The notes: generated from the sequence alone by a model not told the origin. Counted from the first letter of the whole stretch, positions 12,529 to 25,056 are shown. The stretch: 63,634 nucleotides of DNA, filler included, from Rhabdomonas costata (GCA_019059605.1; 56 parts of 56 records of this genome joined end to end with filler, not necessarily neighbours in it), one strand, 5' to 3'. Made by a program: numbers and translations.

Positions 12529-12910
12529 GGGGTAGGTGTAGCTATAGGTGTAGGGTTAGGTTAGCGTTAGGGGTTGTTGTTGTTGTTGTTGTTGCGTAGG
12601 GTTAGTGTTCGTGTGTCGGAGTCAACCATGCTCTCTGTCTCTGTGTCTGTCAACCTTGCTCTCTCTCTACCATGCTCTCTGTTCCTGTCTCTGTTGGTGT
12701 CACTGTTGCTGTAGGGTGTCTGGTTCTGGCTGTAGCGTTGGTGTGTGCTGTTCTTGCTGTAGGCTTCTGCAACCATGCTCTCTGTCTTCGTCAACCTTGC
12801 TCTCTGTTTCTGTCTCTGCTTCTAGCGTTGTTGTGTGCATTCTGTGTTTGTGCTCCTGGTGTGCTTGTTGGTGGTGTGCTTGTTGGCTCTGAGGGTGTGG
12901 TGGTGGTTCC
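12529..12910. repeat. Low-complexity G/T-rich repeat block containing repeated (GT)CAACCATGCTCTCTGT units
   Basis: The motif recurs about five times with variation; an 18-bp core is shared with 46211-46228. Confidence 0.7.
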
Positions 12911-12926
12911 TGGTGCGAAGGGCGAA

Positions 12927-13073
12927 TGTTTGCGAGCGTGTGTGGGGGAGACCACCAAGCTGCCTCCAGATCTGGAAATCGGACTCGCAGGTTCCTCCTC
13001 CTGTTTGCGAGCGCGTGTGCTGGAGACCACCAAGCTGCCTCCGGATCTGGAAATCGGACTGCCAGGCTCCTCC
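12927..13073 (+). repeat. Imperfect 75-bp tandem duplication
   Basis: TGTTTGCGAGCG...GAGACCACCAAGCTGCCTCC.GATCTGGAAATCGGACT begins at 12927 and again at 13002. Confidence 0.9.
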
Positions 13074-13668
13074 AAAGAAACCTCACATATATCAAAATTG
13101 CGATTGGAGCGAAGGCGCGATGGACTCTGAGGGCGTAGTGGACTCTGAGGGCGACAAGCAAGGGGCCCATCGCATTGCTCTGGGGCAGGATAACTGCCCG
13201 TGGCTGTGAGGGTGCAGCTTTCTGCCATAAGTTGCGAGCAAATCTCGGAGAGCTTTCGCAACGTACTTGAACAATCAACTCGGATGCGAAATCTGGGGCG
13301 TTTCATCAGAAGAATGTACCGCTCGCACAGAAGTGTCTTCAAGGCGGCGTCGCAGTCAGCAAGTCCATTATAGTTGCCGATCTTGAGAGACGCGACCCAT
13401 CTGCGAGTAGCGTAAACGGGAAAATAGAAACATCGTTATTTTGCACGTCGTTGCAACGCTCAACTCTGACATAAACTACTTTCCAACCGGTGCAAAAAAA
13501 AGTACTCCATCTTGTGACAAAAAGGGTGTGTACATTACACAGCAGCATCCAACAATGGCATCAGAAANNNNNNNNNNNNNNNNNNNNNNNNNNNNNNNNN
13601 NNNNNNNNNNNTTAATTAATTAANNNNNNNNNNNNNNNNNNNNNNNNNNNNNNNNNNNNNNNNNNNNC

Positions 13669-14103
13669 AAGGAGGAGCGCCGATTGGTCTACCTTGCCAG
13701 CGGGATGCGGTCTCGCCAACTGCAGCTGCGCTGGAAGGGGCAGATCAAGCACGCGACGCGACGCGCCCGGGAAGGGGACAGTGACGAAGAGGAATAACCA
13801 GAAGAAACGTCCCTCCAGGAGGCCCTCCTCCTCCGCACGGTCAGCAAGGCGGACAGGCGGGGAATCGAGTAGAACGCGCAGCTGATGCACGTGCTGGACA
13901 GGACCGAGATGAAGTGCGGTGTGGAGGAAAACAACGCTGAGTGGGACGACGAGAGCGAGAGCAGCGAGAACAAGAGAGAGAAGAGCGAGCAACCCACCCG
14001 GGGGTCGCGGGGGACTCCTCCACTGGTCTTTTGTGTGCTTGTGTGTGTTATGGCCATAAAGTTCGATATGACGATCACTATTGCGGTTGAGCGATTGCTT
14101 TAA
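13669..14103 (+). pseudogene. Coding-like frame with two in-frame stops (TAA 13795, TAG 13870); product unknown
   Basis: GC3-biased codons continue in one frame: KEERRLVYL...DSDEEE*PEETSLQEALLLRTVSKADRRGIE*NAQLMHVLDRTEMKCG. Confidence 0.35.
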
Positions 14104-16421
14104 CAGCTCCATCTGATGAGAACACTTTCCCCTTCGGGTGCCTTAACTGCCTCTCGATGTCGCCCGCCCGCAGGTCTGTGTGTGGCTGGGGGCCAACCAT
14201 CAAGTCCGCGCGGCCACCAGCATGCTGCAGGCCCATCGCCCCTCCAAGCGACCCTGAGGTGGTGCGCTCCAGCAGCTCCAGGGCCTGGAGGGGCGATGGG
14301 CCTGCAGGCCGCGCTGTCTTCCGGGCGAGTTCTGACGGGGAACATCGGGATGAAGCTAAAGATGCCGCTGTTCTACGGCCCTGCCCAGGTCGGCGCGATG
14401 ACCCGTTGCCTCCCTGTTATTGCTTTTTGGCACGTAGCTTGGGGCTCGGATCGGAGACAGAAACTGGTAAAAGTAAAAGAACTGTTATGCGGATGCCCGG
14501 ACACCCCGATATTCGATACTCGTTTAATTTGAAATTGAAATTGGGAGCAGGAAAAGCATTCCAGCACGCAGCATTCCGCGTCTTTGCTATGGGGGCTTAT
14601 TTTAAAAAGTTGTTAATGGCCCCCCTGGTCACGTCCCCGTCCGCTTCAGTTGCGGCGCGGAGTGGCCTTCGCCCCTGTATTTATGCCGCCCAAATCCCAA
14701 CCAACANNNNNNNNNNNNNNNNNNNNNNNNNNNNNNNNNNNNNNNNNNNNTTAATTAATTAANNNNNNNNNNNNNNNNNNNNNNNNNNNNNNNNNNNNNN
14801 NNNNNNGGGGGGGTCCTTTGCTTCACCCTTCATCGGATTTCCCGCTGTCCCTGTGAGGCAATTTTGGCATGTTGCGCTGGTGCCCCGTGTTCTTAGGGAT
14901 CAGCTATGTCGACGTGATCTCTCGGCAGGACTTTTCCTCATTGAGACCTTTCAGCGGTCCATCAAAGAAGTATGTGTGAGGTCTCCCATCTTCCTCTCCC
15001 GTGTGCACTTCTGCCCTGCAGAATAATGAGCATTTTTGCTGTATGTACATGCGTGCATCGTACCAGCCTCAGTCGCCACCGTCCTTCTTCCAGAGCTGTG
15101 GCCCTGGCCTGTTGCGTTTGAAAACTTAAGAATCAGAGGGTAACCGCAATTGTGGCCGTTGGCTGCCGCCAGAAATATCTTGGTAGTGGTGGGGTTTTTT
15201 TGAATGTCCAGGATTTCTATCACTCTCTCCATAGCGTTTTGGGTGTTGCTAGGTTTTAATGTTGTGTTGTTGCCGATATTATTGATATCTTAGTCAAAGC
15301 TTTGATCCCTCGACGGATCCACTTTGGAGCCGATGACACACCTGCGCAGCTGGAAACCTTACGCTTCGCACATCAAGAAAAGTTCCCGGTGCCCTCGGTG
15401 CCCCACCACCATCGCGACAGACCTTTCTCTGATATCAGTTATAACTTTCCCATGCATTCATGTTGGAAGCTGCGCTTCTGGAGGGTGACTTTTGGGGTCC
15501 CTCGGTGGATTCAGGGACGATCGCGGTGACAGTGTGGCTACAGCGATGCCCCACAGGAGCTCCACGGGGGTGTGCGGGAAGGCAGTTTTGGTCCCGCCAC
15601 CGATGCCCTTCATCCCGCTCCCTGGAATCGTCCTTCCGGTTGTCGTGTCGCACACTACACCGGTGGCAAGGTTGCCGCGGCAGCCTCTCGGGAGCGAACA
15701 ATCCCTGGAGATGTGTGTTACCACCCCCGCTGGGGTGGAGACCATGCCTTGTCTGCACACCACGAAGTGGAAGCGCCTGCGGTGGAGGAAGGTTGCCTTC
15801 TTGTTCTTTTCCTACAACACAAAGAACCCGCATCACCACACCACCNNNNNNNNNNNNNNNNNNNNNNNNNNNNNNNNNNNNNNNNNNNNTTAATTAATTA
15901 ANNNNNNNNNNNNNNNNNNNNNNNNNNNNNNNNNNNNNNNNNNNNGACAAAGCAAAAAACAGTCGGTTTCGCGTCAGCCGTACACAGTGGTCTCCTCTTA
16001 CCGCCCAGGGAAGGGATTCAGGACTGATTGAGAAATCGAAATATTGATGAACTATGTCACTTGTTTTCTATCCTGAAAACGTTCTCCAGCAATTTTCCTA
16101 TCCTCTTCTTTATGAATTTCACCATCCCGAAAAAATCCTTGCGTGGACCTCTGTTACTACGCTGTAATAACGTGGCAGATTAAAAAGGTCAAAAAAAAAA
16201 GTGAGAGTGAGAGAGCGGGTCGGTGGGTAATCTGCGGAAGAGAACGCTCACACCGGACTTTGCGGCTCGAGGGAAAAGTACAAACGCGCTGAAGGAAAGA
16301 GTGATAACTACCTGAAAGCGGCTCGAGGGGTATGCCAGAATCGAACCCATCCCACAAAAAGGGAACAAATCTCGCAGCCCAGAAGTGGGCTTGTGCCGGG
16401 CGAAGAAGAAACAATAGAAAC

Positions 16422-16982
16422 TCACTCGCGGTGAGCAACGGCCAAGGCGTGAGGAGGCTGCCCGGCTGGAACCACACAGCTTTCCCCCGACTCCGCGGCA
16501 AGAGGCCCTCCCGTCCCGAAGGAGATTGAGCACGAAGAAACAACCGGCAGACCAGAGTGCTTCGTCTGTTGACTGCGCCACCAGCATGGGAACCACTCCG
16601 GCATCGGGTTGCAGAACGGCAGGTTGCACCCGTACTCCTTCTCAAACATCGGGTTCATCGAGATGTACATCGCCAACAGGCCCACCCAGAACCCGATCCA
16701 GTGCCCTGCCCGGGACCCCCTCTCGTTCACCGGAGGCCCGTGGGAGAAGCCCAGGATGAAGAACGCCACCGTGAGCACCCAGAACAGCACCGCAATGGCG
16801 GGGGTGTGCCGCAGCGACAGCACCGCGAAGCCCAGCGTGAGCACCCCGAACACAACAAGGAACGTCGCGCTGCCCGCCCCGTTCGCGTTGGCCACCCAGA
16901 AGCACCCGTACGCCGCAAACGCCGTGCCCGAGAAGCAATCCTCCCGGTAGATCTGAAGAACCCCGGCGATGACCTGCAGGTA
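16422..16982 (-). CDS. GPR1/FUN34/YaaH (SatP/Ady2) acetate transporter family, 5'-truncated by the contig end
   Basis: YLQVIAGVLQIYREDCFSGTAFAAYGCFWV matches the family Q..AG..E...NTFG.TAF.SYG.FW motif, followed by further TM helices (LFWVLTVAFFILG; GHWIGFWVGLLAMY) and a TGA stop. Confidence 0.9.
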   Translation of the reverse strand, partial: YLQVIAGVLQIYREDCFSGTAFAAYGCFWVANANGAGSATFLVVFGVLTLGFAVLSLRHTPAIAVLFWVLTVAFFILGFSHGPPVNERGSRAGHWIGFWVGLLAMYISMNPMFEKEYGCNLPFCNPMPEWFPCWWRSQQTKHSGLPVVSSCSISFGTGGPLAAESGESCVVPAGQPPHALAVAHRE

Positions 16983-17089
16983 TCNNNNNNNNNNNNNNNN
17001 NNNNNNNNNNNNNNNNNNNNNNNNNNNNTTAATTAATTAANNNNNNNNNNNNNNNNNNNNNNNNNNNNNNNNNNNNNNNNNNNNGTGGT

Positions 17090-17242
17090 GTGTTCTCCGA
17101 AAATAAGTGACATGGAGAAGCAGGAAGAACGCATTGCCCTGAAACCGAAGAAAAGCAAGGGATACAGTAGTTTATGCTTTTCTTCGGTTTCAGGGCAATG
17201 CGTTCTTCCTGCTTCTCCATGTCACTTATTTTCGGAGAACAC
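17090..17242. repeat. Perfect 68-bp-arm inverted repeat at contig start (probable fold-back artefact)
   Basis: Arms 17090-17157 and 17175-17242. Confidence 0.9.
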
Positions 17243-19358
17243 TTCACCCGTTTCAATACTGTCTTTGTTTTTATTGATGCTTAGCGCACAGATGATCTTC
17301 TTTGAACCGAGCAGACCGATAAAAGTATACTGGTGCTCACTGCCTCTCCGAAGGCGTCAGATTAAAGCGTGGGCTTGTCCTTCTCAAAATTGAAATACTC
17401 CTTGCCATGATATGTCTGTGTGTGCGTGCGGCCCCGATGGCTGGGATAGTTTTGGTGGTGGGTTGGAATTCCCATTGCAGCACGGCTTCGCGCTGTTCCT
17501 GCCTGGGCAAGCCGAGGCCTGCCACACCTTCCTGCAGGGCCTTCCCCAGAAGGTACCCCTTCCTCGCACCCACTGGATTGACTGGAGGAATGAATGAGTC
17601 TCTGCGGTCAGCTCCTCCATCTTGCTTATTGATGGATCTGCTCCTATTGTTCAGTCTGAAGAAATATGCTGAACGTGCCACTTGAGTAGCTCACATCTGC
17701 ATCCCTCACAAAACGAGTGTTGGGGATTTCGAGCCTTGGGAAGCGGTGGTATGTCGGGAGCTTAGGGGTCCCTTGCGAGCCATACATGCTGAGAGATGTG
17801 GATTCTGTTCGAGTGAGTCCAGATCTCTTGGGCTCACTCGGCTAACATTAGTTTTTGACCTTTTATCACACAACCATCACAGCACCCTGAGCTCATAGTG
17901 ACGACAACCAAGGAAGTTCAGCTGACGTTGGAGACCGCAGTGAAGGCCTTTACTCACTGTGAGGACCTCCCCCGCCTTACAAAGGAGCTGATGCTGAAAG
18001 GTGCTGTTGGACTCCGTCCCACCCCTCCAAAAATCTTCTTTCGGATCACATCAGAGAAGGAATCACAACCCAAACGCATCCCCCCAAAAAAAACATACCC
18101 AACACACCCCCACCCACACCCANNNNNNNNNNNNNNNNNNNNNNNNNNNNNNNNNNNNNNNNNNNNTTAATTAATTAANNNNNNNNNNNNNNNNNNNNNN
18201 NNNNNNNNNNNNNNNNNNNNNNTGTTTTTTTCGAGTGAAGAAAGGTTTGGAATTGGTATTTGTGTGGGAAGCCACCCGTGACTACCCACCACGAGTGCGC
18301 GCTTTCGTCAATGAGAGACATTTCTATCGGATCTCACAGCATAAGCTCTCCGCTTCATAAAACCCAATACTCTGCAGAACACAGCCAGCTGGAGACATTT
18401 CTAAGAAGGTTTCTGACCAGGCGTCGCCCGCAAGACTCGCCCGAACCAACAAACCACATACAAATCACGTCCCCAACCACAACGCTGAGGCTTTCTTTTG
18501 CTCAGCCGTTCTCCATCGCGCGCCCAAGAGATTTCCAGGCGACTGGGCACACGGGCAGCTACAAGCGACCTGATCTGATCTGATCTGAAAAGCAGACTTG
18601 TCCCCCCCGCTGAGACAACGGGACTAATCAGCGAAGAAGTGGCGGTATGATGACGCTGTCATGACCACAACACCACAACCCACAGCATCTTGCTTTCGCT
18701 TCAAACAACAATAGCTCGCGGGGAAAACTGCGTTGCACTCAGCAACCTTCTGATCCGATCCCAAAAGAAGCAGAGCCCCAACGACACAATAAACGCTTCT
18801 TAAAACAAACATGAGAAAGCGCTCCTTGGTATGTTAACCTGGATACAGGCAGAATCGACTAGTTCTTTACTCCAAAAGAGGGCGAATGTTCTCCCAGGAT
18901 TCCGTCTTTCAATCCACCCTGGAAAAGCAGCAAGTAGTCTGGATGTGCATCCTTTCACCCATCGTGAGTTCAGGTCAATGTCCAGCGTCCAATGCCCGCG
19001 ATGTACAACAGCAAACATCCTCAGGGCAAACAAAACAAGGAAGGGAACCACAATCTTCCGAGCAACTGTCGTCTGTCGTGGTGTGCGCTGCACATGCAGC
19101 ATTCTCACGCGAGGCTCTCATTGTATTGGCTCGATACATGTCAGCTTTTCCTCTGTGATGGCTTCTCTCACAGGGCTTTTGTCTATGCGTGGATCTCTTA
19201 CGTGGCTTCTCGGATCGTGCAATGCCATTGGGTTCGAGCTTCTTGTACCACCCCAACANNNNNNNNNNNNNNNNNNNNNNNNNNNNNNNNNNNNNNNNNN
19301 NNTTAATTAATTAANNNNNNNNNNNNNNNNNNNNNNNNNNNNNNNNNNNNNNNNNNNN

Positions 19359-19930
19359 GATGCACTGGGCGCGCCGGCGGACTTCGGTATTTGGTATCTC
19401 CTGACGACGCGAAACATGCACCAGCCTCCGGATCCATCGCATGTCCGCCACATCAAGTATCTGCTCGTGGGCGGGGAGCAGCGACCAGGTCTCGTCCCCA
19501 TACGGCAATGGGTCGAACGATCGAGTGGTACATCATTGCTTTGAGCCGGGTCGGAAGTTTCGCGGAGTCCCAGATCGTGTGCAGAAGTGCGAATGCGGCG
19601 TCGGCCTTTGCCACACGGTCCCTGACGGATTGTGTTATGTCCTGGTCGGTGTTCACACTACTGCCTAAGTACGTGAAGGAGGCGACGTCTTCGATATGAA
19701 GGGCACCAAGCTGCAGGCCGGAGTGGCTTGGGGTTGAGTCGGCGGGTTAAGGCCAGCTCTGATGCAGGTGTCTTCGAACTGTACCATGCGCGCGCGGAGA
19801 GCCGGCATATTCCGTGGAATGAGTGCTATGTCATCTGCGTAGCCCAGATGGGCCAGGAGGGACCCTCCGAGGGCGGGCCAGTGCGTCCGTTCGGGCCAGT
19901 CTACAACTCCCCGCATCGCCATTGATGACG
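19359..19930 (-). mobile_element. Degenerate non-LTR retrotransposon (RTE-like LINE) reverse transcriptase C-terminal part, frameshifted
   Basis: LGYADDIAL (RT catalytic motif), then FTYLGS..NTDQDITQSVRDRVAKADAAF, LPTRLKAMMYHSIVRP..WG/DETWSL...DMRWIRRL, spread over three frames. Confidence 0.88.
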
Positions 19931-21008
19931 TATTCAAACATGAGGATGAACAATGTCGACGAAAGGACACATCCCTGGCGGACACTGCTGTAGGTTTAAA
20001 GGAGTCCTCTAAACGAGTCCTCTATGCCACAGCGGAAGTCCGGGTGCGCACTACACCTTCGGAGTTGTTGCGGACGCTCTCGAGTTACTCAGACACACAC
20101 ACATACACACAAGAAACTCATGCAGCCGCGAATGCGCAGCTGCAGCTAGCGCAAACAGCCCAGTGCCCTGCGCCTTAATAGTCCATTTTGAAACACACTT
20201 TGTGCACTGGCCAGGACGACTTTTTTCTGGGCTCCTCACCCTCGATGGGGCATGGGCCCATTGGGCCTCACCCCTTCTCGCCTCCTGGCCTCATGGCTCA
20301 TGTCCACCTCGGGACGTTTGAATGCGGGTGTACGCGGGGCCTTGGGATCCCCGACGGGCGCGTTTAGAGTACTCTTCACGGACGCCCACACCACNNNNNN
20401 NNNNNNNNNNNNNNNNNNNNNNNNNNNNNNNNNNNNNNTTAATTAATTAANNNNNNNNNNNNNNNNNNNNNNNNNNNNNNNNNNNNNNNNNNNNCAGAGA
20501 AGCTTTTTGTTCCTAATGCATACCCTGGCGTCATTTTCTGATAGTGTGGTTATTTCAAGAAACAAATGAGAAAGATGGATTTGAAAAGGGTCCATCTCTA
20601 TGGAAAAAGGGTAATTAATCCTGTTGCTCTTCCTTCCTTGAACCAAAGCGTCCAACACGTCCAACATGCGAATGCGAATGCAGCAAATGCGCATGACACA
20701 TGCTGTACTCCACAGTTCCCGTGAGTCGAACAACCCTCAAAGCGGCCAAGAAATAACGGCCAAGAATGGGGGCGAAAATGGCATGTTTGGTTCTCGACAT
20801 CTTTTTCGGACCCCTCAACCCAGAGAGTCACTGTTGCGGTGTGACCCTTGGGGACCTTGGGGACCGAAGGAGGAGGTTAATGATCATGAATCAATGAATC
20901 CGATACGAACCCATTTCCACCTATCCACTGCTCAGGGGAAGAGCCGGGGAGAGGCCTTTTCACTCCAATGATTCTAACAGACGAGACGTGAAGGAGGGGT
21001 AAGAGGAC

Positions 21009-21468
21009 CTGCCCAATGTACTGGGGCGGGGGGATGTCCTTGTTGGGGATCGCGCTGAAGTGTTCTTCGACCCACTTACGAAGCTCAGCATTGGACTCTA
21101 TAAGCCACCCACCCAACCACCTACCCACCGAACCAAACTGCGCCACTCCAGATACTCACAAGTGGAGGTCTTTCATGGCTAGTGGCACTGCATTTACAAC
21201 ACGGCCACCTTGAACACCCACCACACTTTTCCCTTTTCACACCCATACCTCCCATCTCTGGGTTCGCCCAACTAACCCAACGTACACAGGTTCAAGGTCT
21301 CAACAAGGTCATCCCAGCTCATTGCATCCGCGCCGTTGCCACAACCCGAGCTCGGCTGGGTGCGGGGGGCACATGCGCACTCACCCTTTCCAAGAACAGC
21401 GAGCTTCATCCGGTTCGCGCTGTAGTTCTGGTTGTAGTGCTCAATCATTCTCTGCACCACATCAATAC
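21009..21468 (-). CDS. Insulinase/pitrilysin family (M16A) metallopeptidase, two exons
   Basis: Exons 21468-21385 and 21097-21009 (GT-AG) give GIDVVQRMIEHYNQNYSANRMKLAVLGK-E-SNAELRKWVEEHFSAIPNKD, matching IDE YSAN.M.L.VLG.E.L..L...V...FS.V.NK. Confidence 0.9.
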
Positions 21469-21632
21469 CTTCGAAATCAGGGAGAAAGCAGGAAGCACCG
21501 TTTGGAGCAGTACATCTTCGACACAAAACACANNNNNNNNNNNNNNNNNNNNNNNNNNNNNNNNNNNNNNNNNNNNTTAATTAATTAANNNNNNNNNNNN
21601 NNNNNNNNNNNNNNNNNNNNNNNNNNNNNNNN

Positions 21633-22355
21633 GCGGCCCCGCCCACGTCCCGCCGCGCGGATCGCCGCACCCCTCCATCCGGACACGTCACTCTGGTCTT
21701 CACCGACGTCCAGGCACGGCCCTTATAATTTCTGTTGTGCCTTTCGTTCACGTGCACCCTCGCTCTCGCTCTCTCTCTACATGATAAAACTTAATTTAAA
21801 ATGGATCCTGTACATAGTAAAAAAAACGGCAAAGTATTCCGAAACTTTCTGGCACTTCTTGCCCGAGGGCTCTTTTGGACCCTAAGGCATAGTCCTCCTC
21901 CCTCATTCTTGCACCATGACCTTCCCTTGCTCGCCTGTGAAGTCTCCAGGAGGCCCCAAAAAAGAGTCGAGTTTGACCTAAAACGACCATAAAAACCTCA
22001 CGATTAGAAAAAATTATAGAATATCCAAAGTAGGCAAAAATGGGCAAAAACAGCCAACATTTGCTGATAAAATAGCATCTGTGTCCACAATGTCGTCCCC
22101 CTAACCCCGGAAAAGTCAATGTTGAGATAGGCGCAGGTGCACAGTTTTTGCCCCATCATTAAACAACGAGGGGAAGACAAAATGCAGAATAATTTGCCTT
22201 CTCAGCATCGTTTTTATTTTGAGTTTTGTCATATGCTCTTGTCGCCCCAGGGCTCTACCAAGATTTGGGATGCCCAGCAGGGCGCCATGAAGGCCGCTCT
22301 TGCGCTGCACAACAACGTGCTGCGCAACTTAATCGAGAAGAGGGATGGATATGAG
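21633..22355 (+). CDS. Class III adenylate cyclase catalytic domain start, two exons joined by a GC-AG intron
   Basis: Exon to 21713 (PPSGHVTLVFTDVQ), intron 21714-22250 (GC...AG), exon 22251-22355 (GSTKIWDAQQGAMKAALALHNNVLRNLIEKRDGYE). Confidence 0.9.
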
Positions 22356-24637
22356 GTCCGCGGGTCCCTGTGATACGTTTGTGTGCTCCCTGGTTGCCTT
22401 TTGCAGCATTTGCTTCGTCTTGTTCGGGAGAAGGCAGCACCCCACCCCACCCTTATGCACCACTGCGGCCACGCCACAGGTCGGCATGGGTAACATCCGA
22501 CGCAACCCTAAACTTGATCCGTTCTTTGCATCGAAAGGGGGTCTCACGGCGGTTGTAATTTTGCGGGGTTACGTGAAACATGGGTTACATGAATCCAACA
22601 GGGTGTGCCGTTTTTCGCACGCACTCCGCCACACTGCTGCCCCATCCCCACCCCCCCAAACACACCAACANNNNNNNNNNNNNNNNNNNNNNNNNNNNNN
22701 NNNNNNNNNNNNNNTTAATTAATTAANNNNNNNNNNNNNNNNNNNNNNNNNNNNNNNNNNNNNNNNNNNNTTGTGTGGGGGGTATACCGGCATGTTCCGT
22801 GCGTGTGTTTTGTGTATGTGTGGAGTGATGCTTTCCGTATGGGAGGCTTCTTTTGCTTGCGACTCGCTTCCCGCAGTACCCTGTGTTCCATCTGATGCCC
22901 CCTTGGGTGGGCAGGAATGTGGACTCTCTCTATCTCCCCCCCCTCTCTCTCTCCCGTTCCGCTCTCGCCGCGGAGGTCCCTTTGCTATCGGGCGACCGCT
23001 GGCGAGCTGGTCAAGGAGCATACCTTCACCCGCGCTCGGCCCCAGCCCGCGGTCCGCCGTGTCTGCGGGGAGGTGGTTTTCGCCCGACCTCCTCTGCAGC
23101 CGTCAGGGAACCGCTGAAGTTCCTGGCCACGCTGGCCTGAGACTTTCATTCCATGTCTACGTCACCTATCCCACCGAATTGTACTCTCTGCCCACCGTCT
23201 GCCTCCTCGCCCATCTCTCACTATCTCTCTATGCGGATGCGTCGCTCGCTTTTGGAAAAATCCCACGTTGTTCCTTTCCCCTCCCTCCCTTCCTCTTCCC
23301 CTTGCGTCGGGTGGATTTTGTGCGCTTCCTTTCCGTACGCCCTCCACTGGTCAGCGTAAGAGAAAAGCGGCAGCCGCCAGCGGCAACGCGCCGTGGCAAC
23401 GCGCCGTGACCACGCTGAGCCTCAACCTCCGCTCTCGCCCCTGCTAGTCTCCGAACGACCCCACCTTTCCTCATGTACCAACGCTTCTGTCCTTTCGGAT
23501 TCCTTTCCGCCTGCCCCGCCAACCTCTTTTTGGTGTGTGCGTGCTCACCACGTGCCAATCCTTCCTCCTAGCTTCTTCCGAATTCCCTCACGACCCTCCT
23601 TTTTTTTGACGTTTCTGGGTGGGTGTGTTTGTGAATGAGTCGGTCTTCTTGCCCACGGGTGTGTGTACGCGTGGTATCTATGCACCTTTTGAATTCTTTT
23701 TTGCAATCGTAGAGCCCTTGCGGATGCGTCACCCTCCTCCTTGTCACAGCTCCCCCATCCCCTCAGCGCTTTCTTTACCGCCAGATTTTCGTGTTGCCCC
23801 CCCACCCCNNNNNNNNNNNNNNNNNNNNNNNNNNNNNNNNNNNNNNNNNNNNTTAATTAATTAANNNNNNNNNNNNNNNNNNNNNNNNNNNNNNNNNNNN
23901 NNNNNNNNGTTTGGGGGGTGGTTTGGGGGTTGTGGGATAGATGCGTCTTGTGGGGCTGCGAAGCTGGAGGACTGCCACAATACCACAGCGGCCAGAAGAA
24001 CCAGTGCAGAGGCCAACGCGAGCACAACGGAAAGCCCTTGCCATAGGGAGGCACCCATCTGTTTGCCTCAGCAAATGACTGCGCCACAACCGAGGACATG
24101 TCACGTCGCAGAGGAAAGAGAGGGTGACGTTGCATTTTGCCCGGCGTTTCAACTACTTTCTCGAAGGTGTAGGTCATTTACAGACCATCACAAATACAGG
24201 CAACTTAAGAAGGCGATTTTCAAACCAAGTTTTCAAACCGAGTTGATCTGCGCTCAGCCCAAAATGCCGGGAAAACCGGTCATTCCAAGACAAGGACTGA
24301 TCCGATGCCCGGATAGAGGGGCACCAGAGCTTTCTTTTCTTGTAAAAACCTTTCAAGTTCAACAATACAAAAACCCTAACAACACTAACAACGCTTGTAG
24401 CAAGGAATGAAGAGGACAGAGTTCTTTTTTTTTCGAGAATAGCCCGATCCTAGCCTCTCCGGCTCGCAAAGGTGTGTGCCCTGCGTTGTATTCGAACACG
24501 GACTGGGTGACCCCCTACCCTATCTTGCCCCTCTCTCTGCCTCCACGGAAAAGAAGTCGCTCGAGGCGATCTGAACGACCAGCACAGCGAACCGCTCTGA
24601 TGTACAAACAGCCATGCCCCATAGTATGTATTGGTAG

Positions 24638-24867
24638 AGGCCAACTGTATCAAGCCTGAGCAGCTCCCCTTGGGGCCGGTGTTTCTGCTGCACGGTTACG
24701 GCTGCGGGGCCCTGGTGCCCCACAAGGGGGTTTTATACAAATACAAGCCCGAGCGGGCCAAGGCAAGGGAAGGCGGTCAGCAGGACACTCGTGCAGGGGA
24801 AGCTGAGGCCGGTCGGAAGACAGCGCAAACGGCAAAGCCGAGCAACGCCTCGGCGGCACCGTCATAG
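24638..24867 (+). CDS. Possible terminal exon of a hypothetical protein
   Basis: AG acceptor then a GC3-rich frame EANCIKPEQLPLGPVFLLHGYGCGALVPHKGVLYKYKPE... ending at TAG; no family recognised. Confidence 0.35.
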
Positions 24868-25056
24868 CGGCAACTGAGAAAGCCTGTGGCTCTGAGCGTG
24901 CGTTTGATGAGACGGCGGCCTTCTACCAACACAAACTATGGGGCATNNNNNNNNNNNNNNNNNNNNNNNNNNNNNNNNNNNNNNNNNNNNTTAATTAATT
25001 AANNNNNNNNNNNNNNNNNNNNNNNNNNNNNNNNNNNNNNNNNNNNTTTGTTTTGG

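Noticed and set aside
12545..12575. Telomere-like GGGTTAG words
   Set aside because: Only one or two exact units embedded in other simple repeats; not a telomeric array.
19359..19930. Reverse transcriptase as a possible retron, DGR or group II intron
   Set aside because: The downstream motifs (YLGS, YG.ETW) and frameshifts identify an ordinary decayed eukaryotic LINE.
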